Part shown: piece after piece, positions 43,310 to 53,279 of the stretch
Numbering within the stretch: position 1 is the stretch's first letter
Layout of the letters: each line of letters begins with the position of its first letter
Assembly: GCF_006345805.1 (NCBI RefSeq)
Contig: NW_021834357.1
Coordinates: 1 to 53,279, forward strand
DNA: 53,279 nt
From: Octopus sinensis
Taxonomy: Eukaryota
Direction of reading: 5' to 3'
Notes under the pieces: model-generated
Seen by the model: the letters and a program-made list of their open reading frames with translations, nothing else
Told to the model about the DNA's origin: nothing
Databases searched by the model: none
Position numbers and translations under genes: made by a program

Positions 43310-45300
43310 AGGTGGGAGCACAAAATTGACGGTCTCAGGAAACCAAAGCAGATGAAGAAGGGAACAACCTTTAATAATTGAGAATTAAAACGTCAAAATT
43401 GTTAGATATAATCTGCCTGTAAGATATAATCGGTGTCTCCTCTACAAAATTTCGTTTTTCCGACAGCGTACACTTGGATATAGGCTTGAAACTCCACTAC
43501 GCAACTGTGGTGCCAACAATATCTGCACAGGTGGGATTAGGATACTCTCAATCCCCAGCTTTCGGATTGTATTATGGAGTGAAACTTACTAGGTGTGAGG
43601 GTTCACCTCTTGAAGCTAAGGCTGAATATGAAAGACCACTATGGCTGCTGAAAGTATATGCAGCAAACATCGGCGTCAAATACAAAACCTTCCTAAGCAA
43701 ATTCACCTCAGCTTTAGATATATTTGGGGTAAAGTCATTTGTCCCGCAAGGAGACTTCAGTGCACACCTTGGCACTGATAATCGTGAGAAGGATTGATTG
43801 GAAGGAATGTCGTCAGTGAACTTAATAGACAGGTCGTAGCAGCCTTCTGTGCAGGATACACACTCTCCACTCTATGGTATAGATATTATTTTAAGACAGG
43901 GATATTTATAAGGGTGCCTGGTATAGAAATACTTGGTGACAGAGGTTTCTGATTAGGTTCGGTCCTCTTTCACTCTTTGCTGAACGTTCGGGTAAAAGGA
44001 AGGGGCGGAGTTGTCAACTCGTCACTACCTAAACGTCTAAAAACCTGAAAATTCCTACAGTCTACCGAACACTGGAAATTGGTAAGTCCAGTGCGACCTA
44101 CAGAATAGAGTTGGAAGGCGCAGTGGATGCTGGGATCAGAAACGAAAATGTGGAGGCATTTGCATCCAAATTGAGAGTGACCCGCCTGAATGAAGTTGGA
44201 CATCGAAATGGATCCGTGATTGTATTATTTTTTTCGGCAGGTTCTTCTTCGGTTGAACGCTTATTTGAGCTAAACTCACTTAAAAGTGGTAAAGCTGCTG
44301 GTGAAAAGCACGTCCGGCTTGATATTTTAGAAACCTTAAATACAGATGATATTCTCTGAGTGACCCATGTATGCTAGGTGGATGGGACCTCTGGAAAAAA
44401 CACCAAGGCAATGGATATATGGGGTGACAATCACAATTTTTTCAAACAGAGACCAATGAGTGTGTTCCAATTATAGAAAAGTCTACACTAGATGTCAGGA
44501 AAAGATATGTAGGGAAATTGTCGTGCCAAAGGTTACTGTCCTGGACGAACTACACCCGACCTGAAAGTCATTCAAAGACAGATATTCCAGCAAACATTGA
44601 AATATTTCCAAGGTTTATACGCTGTAAACCACGAAAAGGCACATGATCACGTGACCTGGGGAATGTTGCGGATGGTTTACCAGGAAGGTGAGTTTGATGG
44701 GCAAATACTGGTTGCCATAAAGTACATATATGGATGTTCAAATGTTTGTATTTATGTAAAAGTCGAAAGTTTTCAACGAGAAGTTTTCACTTAGTTGAAG
44801 TGTGCATTGTTAGTGCCCCCTCTCACATTCTTTTTTGTGATCTGGTTGAATATGCGCAGCCATTGTGGTAGAGGTATCCCAATTCATCTCTACGTGATCG
44901 GTGGCGTGTGATTTGTAGACGACATGCTGCTACCTGATTCGTCTGATGGTCACGAACAACGTGCACTGAATTGGTTGGCTGCCGAGTACACCAAAGCAGG
45001 ATTGACAAATACGCACTGTGTAGGAAAGTGGAACATCATTATTTCGGGTCTCTATTCACGAACGATTGGAAGCACAAGAGTGGACAGACTGCTGAATTGT
45101 AGTTATAAACGCAGTGAAACGCCAGTTCGCGCATTTGATTCTCAGATGAAGAGGGCATTCATGCTTTTCGTATGCAAGCCGGCTGGGCTCACTCTGAGCA
45201 CTCTAATGATTTCACAGTGAATGTACCGGCCGACTAGAACACTCGGAAAGAGCTCCCTCAGAGGAACCGTGCGGGCCGAAATAATTATCTACGTAGCACT
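43310..45300 (+). mobile_element. Decayed LINE, copy-D paralog
   Basis: Near-identical to 8490-10390. Confidence 0.7.
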
Positions 45301-45533
45301 GCATATATACTCATATACACACAATTAATGGCATAGTATATTAGAGTAACAATTTATTTAGGAATTTATTGTAAAGTAGAATATATTTTGAAATAAATGC
45401 AGGCAAGTGTCTTAGTATATACTATTTTGGACATGTGGATAGTAATGTGGAACTAATTCGAAGTTGGTAAAATTGTAAACCATTAGTTAAGGAGACACGG
45501 GTAAAAGACTTTAGCCATAAAATTAGTTCTTAC

Positions 45534-45585
45534 TTGGTGTGTCATCAGGTTTATCGTCGAGAGATTTCTTGGAGATGAAACGGTT
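45534..45585 (-). CDS. Copy D exon 2
   Basis: 52 nt, canonical splice sites. Confidence 0.75.
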
Positions 45586-46330
45586 CTGTGAAAAAATAGA
45601 AATAGCATCATATAAATAGAACTTCAGGGTATTTATTATCGTTTAAAACTTAAAACAATGCAATAGATGTCAACATATTCGGACAGGTATCATTACCAAC
45701 ACTACCATCTCAACCCCTTAGGAATCTTCTAGAAGGCGCTTTAATCCAGTCAAACGATTTTCTGAACAATATCAGACAATACAACTCTGAATTTCAAATG
45801 ACATCGTTTGGTGAACCTAAGAAGATAGATAAACATGAATTTACGCCGACGTCAAAGTTCAAGGGCAAGTCTATCCCCTCATTGGTTCTCTGGTACCCGC
45901 AAATGAACAACCACAGTTCCTCCAAATTTACTCTATGAGTGATGTAGGACAACAAACCCGACGTGAGGTGTCAAAATTTCCGATGATGGGTCGTGTTAGA
46001 CACAGCGCACACTGCTGCAAAGGAGAGTATATCCACTGACAGTTTTCGGTACGTTCAAAAATCACACAAACCCCTCCTCTAATTTTGCATGACAGGTTAG
46101 GGCCTGAAACACTCCAAACGGACGCATAGCATGTTGCTTAGTCGAATTAGCCCAGCATTTACTCTACAAATGTTTTGTTGTCAATGTTGCACTTTCCCGT
46201 ATCACCTGTTTCAAAATGACTGGTATATATTATATACCCACTTTGCCATTTTAATCCCCAGCAATGACGGGTATGTCTGCTAGTACACACACACACATAT
46301 TTCTACATATTTATATATATATATATATAT

Positions 46331-48612
46331 TTGTTGGTTGGCATCCTTTCAGTCTCGGGAGATAATGGAGTTGCGCATAAAGTAGTCTAGTCCTGCTTTT
46401 ATATTTCATGTCCTGATACGTTTCCTGCTGTGGCTGTGTAGTCCTATCCTGGACAAACACTCCCTCTGGCAGGTACCGCAAATGTAGCGATGACTGTTCC
46501 TGGCTGGTTGTAATGCCATAGTCTCTTGTTGACGTCTCTTCTTTTCTCTCCATTTCTCCTCTCTCTCTCTGTCACTCCTTTGTATTCCCTCTTTTACGGT
46601 ACGTCGCCATTTTCCACGATTGCCGGCAACTGCCTCCCAACCGCTAATATTGATGTTGCAGGCCTTCATATCCCTTTTGCAAACATCCTTGTAACGTAAG
46701 ATCGGTCTACCCACAGACCTAGTACCCCTAGCAAGCTCTCCGTAGAGTATGTCCTTGGGGATTCTGCCATCTTTCATACGGCTAACATGCCCAAGTCATC
46801 TCATACGTCTTTGCGTGAGGAATGCAAACATGCTTGGTATTCCTGCTTGCCTGAGGACATCTTTGTTGGGGATATGATTCTGCCATTTGATGCGGAGGAT
46901 TTTTCGGAGGCAGCGCAGGTGAAAGATGTTTAGGCGACGCCTTTGGCGTGTGTATATCGTCCAGGTCTCACTTCCATACAGTAGAGTGCTGAGTACACAT
47001 GCCTGGTAGATCTTCATTTTCGTGGTCTTGGTCAGCTTATTGTTGTCCCAAGCCCGTTTGGAGAGGTGAGCCATCGCAGCAGCTGCCTTGCCAATGCGTA
47101 TATTGAGCTCAGCGTCAAGGGATAGGCTGTAGGTGACGGTAGAGCCCAGATAGGTAAACTTCTCCACCTCTTGTAATCTGTGGTCTCCAATATGTATGTT
47201 TGGGATGTCCGATGTAGCCTGGCCCATGATGTTGGTCTTCTTAAGGCTGATAGCTAAGCCAAAGTCGTTACATGCTTGCTCAAAACAGTTAATGAACCTT
47301 TGGAGGGCTTCTTCTGTGTGTGTTACCAGAGCGGCATCATCAGCAAATAACATCTCCTTGATCAGGACGTTTCTGATTTTCATCTTGGCACGCAGGCGCG
47401 AGAGATTGAACAGATTCCCGTCACTTCTACTATGCAGAAGCACTCCATCATCTGATGTCTGAAAGGCATGTGAAAGTAAGAGCGAGAAGATGCCAAACAA
47501 TGTAGGAGCGAGGACACAACCTTGCTTTACCCCGTTTTTTATTTGAAAGGCGGCTGATGTTGAACCGTTGTGCTGTATGGTGCCTTGCATGTCATCATGG
47601 AAAGACTTGATGATCCTCAGCAGCTTTGGTGGACATCCGATTTTTTGGAGCAGGATGAAGAGGCCTGTTCTGCTTACCGAGTCAAAAGCCTTTGTTAGAT
47701 CAATGAAGGCCATATATAATGGCATTTTCTGCTCTCTGGACTTCTCCTGAAGTTGGCGTATGGAGAATATCATATCGATAGTTGATCTGCTTCTTCTAAA
47801 GCCACACTGCGATTCCGGATATATTCGAGAAGCAAGTAGTTGTAGCCTGGCCAGGATAACGCGGGCAAAGGTCTTTCCAACAGTGCTTAGAAGGGATATA
47901 CCACGGTAATTGTTACAATCACCACGGTCACCTTTGTTTTTGTAAAGCGTAATGATGTTCGCATCCCGCATATCCTGAGGGACTGTACCCTCTTCCCAGC
48001 ACTAACACAGAAGCTCATGAAGGTGCCGAAGCAGGATGGTGTTTTTGCCGGCTTTGATGATCTCTGAGGGGATGCCGTCTTTTCACGGAGCCTTATTTCT
48101 TGCTAGGGAGTCAACAACCTTGGTGAGCTCTGCTATAGATGGCGGACTGTCAAGTTCGCACATGACTGGCAAGATCTTGATGCTCTCGACTGCAGCCTCA
48201 GCCACTGTAGTCTCCCGAGTGTAGAGATCCTGGCAGTGCTCCACCCATCTATACATTTGCTTGCCTTGATCCCTGATGAGATCTCCAGTAGTTGATTTCA
48301 GAGGGGCTGACTTTGTTGCGGATGGACCGAGGGCCTTCTTCAAACCGCCATACATCCCACAGGTGTCACCCATGTCAGCAGCTGACTGGATACTCTGACA
48401 GATTTCCTGCCAATACCTATTTGCACAGCGTCTGGCTGTCAGTTGGGTTTTATTTCGTGCCTTTCTGAGTTCTTCGAGTGACTTTGTAGAAGAGTCACTC
48501 TTGTATTGCATCAGAGCTGCACGCTTTGCTTCGATAACTGGCTCCAGCTCTGAGAGCCCAGCATTGAACCAATCTGGGTTTTGCCTTTCTCTCATATCGA
48601 AAGTATGCTCTC
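46331..48612 (-). mobile_element. 5'-truncated RTE-clade LINE (reverse transcriptase), copy D only
   Basis: NYRGISLLS, ESQCGFR, AFIDLTKAFDSV, GVKQGCVLAPTLF, LFADDAAL, LLYGSETW and a C-terminal CxxC..H zinc finger. It has a CCAACCAACAA tail, two stops and one frameshift. Empty sites are at ~11400 and ~28570. Confidence 0.93.
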
Positions 48613-50399
48613 ATATATATATATTTATATAGACACACACACATGTATATATATATAGTTAAATTTAATCCAAACAAGAAAGCACAAAGAAACACAACAA
48701 CGCGAGGACGTGGAACAAATATAGTATTATTGGACGCTCAGGAAAAAGTAAAGAAGGAGGGTTTAACGTATCGAGCGGAGCTCTTCATCGGAAACATACG
48801 AGAAGTAAAGATCCTGAGAAGGGAAGACAGAGGAAAAAAGATCGCCAACGGTACACACGCCGTCACATTTTGAATGACCGTAAGGAAATGGGTGAAGAAA
48901 CGTTCTTTCAAAGACAGGAGAGTGGTAGAGGAGGAGGAATGTGTGTGTAAGTGTAGATATGTGCTTGCATGTGTAGATATGTTTTAGTATGCGTGTGTGT
49001 GTCTGTGTCTATATGTGTATACGTATGTATATGTGGATACGTATGTGTATGTGTGTGTGCGCGTGGAGGCATATATTATGTGTATGTATATGTATCGGTG
49101 TCTATGTGATTTTGTTCATGCGTGTGTGTGAGTGTGTGTGTGGGGGGGTGGAGTTATGTGGGCGCAATGTGCGTTCGTGTGCTTGTGTGCGTGTGTGCGC
49201 TTAAGCACGTGAATGTCCGTGTGTGTCTGTACCCATGTGTGTATAAGTGTGTGCGTATCTGTATGAGCATTGTTTGTTAAAGGTATATGTGGGCATCTGT
49301 GCTGGTGTGTGAGTATGTATGTGTGTATGTGTGTGTGCGTGTATTGTGTGCGTATGATACATATATATATCTCCGTGATCACCGTGACCGACCAGGCTAT
49401 CAATTGTTGCTACACATCGCTGGTTACAAAGCACTTCGCTGGCTAAGCGAGCAGGCCAACAGAAGAAAGGGAGAAAGTTGTAGCGAAAGAGTGCTCACAA
49501 CCTCGTGGAGCCTTAAACACACACAACACCCAGTCTGGAAATCAAAACCGCGATCCTACAACCGTGAGTCCGCGACCCTAAAAATTGGGCCACTGCGCCT
49601 CCACACAGACATATATATATATATATATATATATAAATACATATCAATATATAGGTATACACGTACACATAAGCATACACACCATAAATATCACAAATAG
49701 ACGTATCTACTTATACGCATACACACACACAAACGCACACATATATGTGAGTGGACATACACTGTATAGTGTGATTGTTCGTGTACAATTGAGCACGTGT
49801 GTCTGTGTGCGTGCGTGCGTATGTGTGTGTGTGTTTGTGTTTATTTGTGCGTGTGTTTGTCCGTGTGTCTGTGTGTATGTATTTACATTCGTTCTTACAT
49901 ATTGTCATATATAAAAACCAACGTGAATTACAGTCAAACATTACGAAATTCACCGATCTACATTGGCACCCGCACGTTTTATTTTCAGTTGGAAAGAAAA
50001 GATTAAAAAAAACTCGCCTCACTTCCGTTCCTGATGGAGAGAAATAGATAAATGTGTGTAAATATGTACGTATTTCTATGTGTGCGTGTGTGTGTGTTTG
50101 TATGTGTCTGTTTCTGTGCGTGTGTGTGTGTAAGTGTACATCTAGATATAATACTTAACACTAATATTAATAGGGCTAAACGTTGCAGCGACAGGGCATG
50201 GCCATGCTGGAACCCCACCATTAGATTATTTTCATTACGCACTTATTTCCTCTCCAGGATTATGTCTGGTGAAAGAGCGATCGGACAGGCGTACAATTCC
50301 ACCCTTCTTTGTGTTTCCTTGGGATGTGTGTATATATATACATAAATATATATATATATATATATCCATATACATATATATATATATATTATATATATA

Positions 50400-50434
<35 letters not shown>

Positions 50435-50440
<6 letters not shown>

Positions 50441-52050
50441 AATGAATGTTTTTATATATAATGAACGTGAAATACAGGAAGGGACGAACACGGAACACAG
50501 ACAAATCATTCGAAGCCTTCAATCTTCAGTCAGACACCGAATCATCATAGCAAATTTCGGCTGTTCAATTCTGATATTTGCTCCAACCCGGCCAGCCCCA
50601 AGAAAAAAAACTAAGCTGTAAGCATTAGATTTCTTGGTAGAAGACAGGAATGTGAACGCACAAGACGGATGTGAATACAAGAGACGAAAACGAAATTGAA
50701 AACAGTAATGAAAAAACAAAATATATATAACGGTGGTTGTCATACGACTTTAGACCAAATGAGACAAAACAACAACAACATAGCAGCTGGCGTAGAAATA
50801 ATTACCGTTTCGGTAGCGGGGACACATGTTGGTCGAGATACGAACAGAATGGTTGAAGAAGCAGCAGGTCGCAGGAGAGAGAGAAAGAGAGACAGAGAGA
50901 GAGGGAATCAAAGAGGGTGGAAGGCAGGGGACAGAATCAGTGACCAAGAGAGAAGGAGAAAGAAGGGATTAAGGAGGATGGGAGGAAGAGAGGGGAAGAA
51001 TCGGATGGCGCCAAAAAGTTTGGTAAAGAAGCAATGGCGGGTAGTAAAAGACAGTGTGTATAGAAGTCGTGCAGGGTTTAAAATTGGACAAACAAACGGG
51101 GGGGGGGGGGTGCACGTAACGCCGCAATAATATAAGAATGAATGTTTTTATATATAATGAACGTGAAATACAGGAAGGGACGAACACGGAACACAGACAA
51201 ATCATTCGAAGCCTTCAATCTTCAGTCAGACACCGAATCATCATAGCAAATTTCGGCTGTTCAATTCTGATATTTGCTCCAACCCGGCCAGCCCCAAGAA
51301 AAAAAACTAAGCTGTAAGCATTAGATTTCTTGGTAGAAGACAGGAATGTGAACGCACAAGACGGATGTGAATACAAGAGACGAAAACGAAATTGAAAACA
51401 GTAATGAAAAAACAAAATATATATAACGGTGGTTGTCATACGACTTTAGACCAAATGAGACAAAACAACAACAACATAGCAGCTGGCGTAGAAATAATTA
51501 CCGTTTCGGTAGCGGGGACACATGTTGGTCGAGATACGAACAGAATGGTTGAAGAAGCAGCAGGTCGCAGGAGAGAGAGAAAGAGAGACAGAGAGAGAGG
51601 GAATCAAAGAGGGTGGAAGGCAGGGGACAGAATCAGTGACCAAGAGAGAAGGAGAAAGAAGGGATTAAGGAGGATGGGAGGAAGAGAGGGGAAGAATCGG
51701 ATGGCGCCAAAAAGTTTGGTAAAGAAGCAATGGCGGGTAGTAAAAGACAGTGTGTATAGAAGTCGTGCAGGGTTTAAAATTGGACAAACAAACGGGGGGG
51801 GGGGGGTGCACGTAACGCCGCAATAATATAAGAATGAATGTTTTTATATATAATGAACGTGAAAAACAGGAAGGGACGAACACGGAACACAGACAAATCA
51901 TTCGAATCCTTCAATCTTCAGTCAGACACCGAATCATCATAGCAAATTTCGGCTGTTCAATTCTGATATTTGCTCCAACTCGGCCAGCTGCAAGAAAAAA
52001 AACTAAGCTGTAAGCATTAGATTTCTTGGTAGAAGACAGGAATGTGAACG

Positions 52051-52052
<2 letters not shown>
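50435..52052. repeat. 696-bp direct tandem repeat, about 2.3 copies, inserted in (TA)n
   Basis: Units start at 50435, 51131 and 51827, and identical ORFs are offset by 696. Absent from copies A and C. Confidence 0.9.
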
Positions 52053-52124
<72 letters not shown>

Positions 52125-52498
52125 CAGATAGAGAGAGAGAGAGATAGATAGATATGAATGTACATACATACGTAACTATATATGTGTGTATGTATATATG
52201 ATATGTATATATATATATATATATAGATGTAAGTGTGTGTGTGTGTGTGTATAGCACACATAGTGTGTATGTATCTATGTTTTATGTATGTGTCTGTTAT
52301 TGTCGGACCACTATCGATTCTCAACTGATGTCGGTGTGTTTACGTCCGCGTTACATAGCGGTTCGGCTAGAGATACCGATAGAATGAGCAATAGGCTTAC
52401 AAAGAATAATTCCTTAAGTCACTTTGTCCTACTAAACGCTGTGCTCTAGCATGGCCGCCGTCAAATGACTGAAACAGGTAAAAGAATATATGTATATA

Positions 52499-52543
<45 letters not shown>

Positions 52544-53008
52544 ATACATATATATATATAGATAAATAGAGAGAGAGAGAGAGAGAGATAGACAGAGAGA
52601 GAGAGAGAGATAGACAGAGAGATACAGTGATAGATACACACACGCATACATTTGTTTGTATATATATATCTATATATGTTCACGCACTAATATATTCATA
52701 TATATGTATATTTATATATACATATATATGTATATTATATATTCAAATATATGTACATGTATATATATGTATGTTTAGGTGTGTGCGCCTGTGTGTTCGT
52801 GTGTGATTACGTGTGTGATCTTATGGGTGTGTGTGTCCTCCATAGGAACATGTGTACGTGATTCATGCATACATCCTTACATTCATCCATCCATCCGTAC
52901 GTACATACATCCACATATTAATACATACATACGTAAATGCATACATACATACATGCATATATAAATACATAAAGACATACATATATTAACACAAAATCCA
53001 TGACTTAC

Positions 53009-53152
53009 CGTTTTCGATTTCTCTTCCATTTTTCCTATTCTTGAATCTTGATTAAGAATCACGATCGTCAGAACGAGAAGAACCCCAAAAGCTATGAGAG
53101 AAGAAATGGAATAACGCTGCGAAATATTCCTGGACAGTTGTGCGAAATCCAT
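53009..53152 (-). CDS. Copy D exon 1; completes an intact 255-aa CDS (144+52+75+497 nt)
   Basis: MDFAQLSRNISQRYSISSLIAFGVLLVLTIVILNQDSRIGKMEEKSKT followed by GTAAGT. The four exons sum to 768 nt with no internal stop. Confidence 0.82.
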
Positions 53153-53279
53153 TCTGGTGACAGTTGTCGGCCGTAAGTGATACTTCGTGTGGCTTCAACA
53201 AAAGATCGAGATGCGAGGTTTAAGCTGAAGACCTGTAACTGAATTCCACGTATTTATTGAGCGCACAACAACCCAGCTC

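Noticed and set aside
50500-50590. CTGAAGA and GAAA boxes on the minus strand of the 696-bp unit as a hammerhead
   Set aside because: I could not build consistent stems I-III by eye. A covariance-model scan would be needed.
50696-51130. 144-aa ORF in the 696-bp repeat
   Set aside because: Low-complexity purine-rich translation with no recognisable motif. Its repetition only reflects the tandem copy.

Overview
This is AT-rich, microsatellite-dense eukaryotic DNA. The SINE and repeat content suggests an octopus or other cephalopod (inference). The window is a head-to-tail tandem array of ~15-17 kb duplication units. Each unit carries a 4-exon minus-strand gene for a ~255-aa protein: an N-terminal signal anchor, a short charged stalk and a 10-Cys short-chain-collagen-C4-like (spongin/collagen IV NC1-related) domain, with no Gly-X-Y collagen. 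Four copies are visible. A (3158-14860) has homopolymer frameshifts in exon 1. B (17736-25524) is divergent, has lost exon 1 and has two 1-nt deletions in exon 4. C (27739-34547) retains only exons 1-2. D (39622-53152) is intact. A deletion junction at ~25524 fuses C to B, giving a potential chimeric gene with two frame-incompatible versions of exon 2. Amino-acid differences between copies cluster in a few patches of an otherwise near-identical domain. The introns hold a young RTE LINE, a Penelope-like GIY-YIG element, several hammerhead-ribozyme-like motifs, mariner relics, a non-autonomous Helitron, tRNA-derived SINEs and an old decayed LINE. Copy-specific insertions repeatedly land in the same (TA)n tracts. 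Most ORFs in the supplied track are translations of microsatellites.
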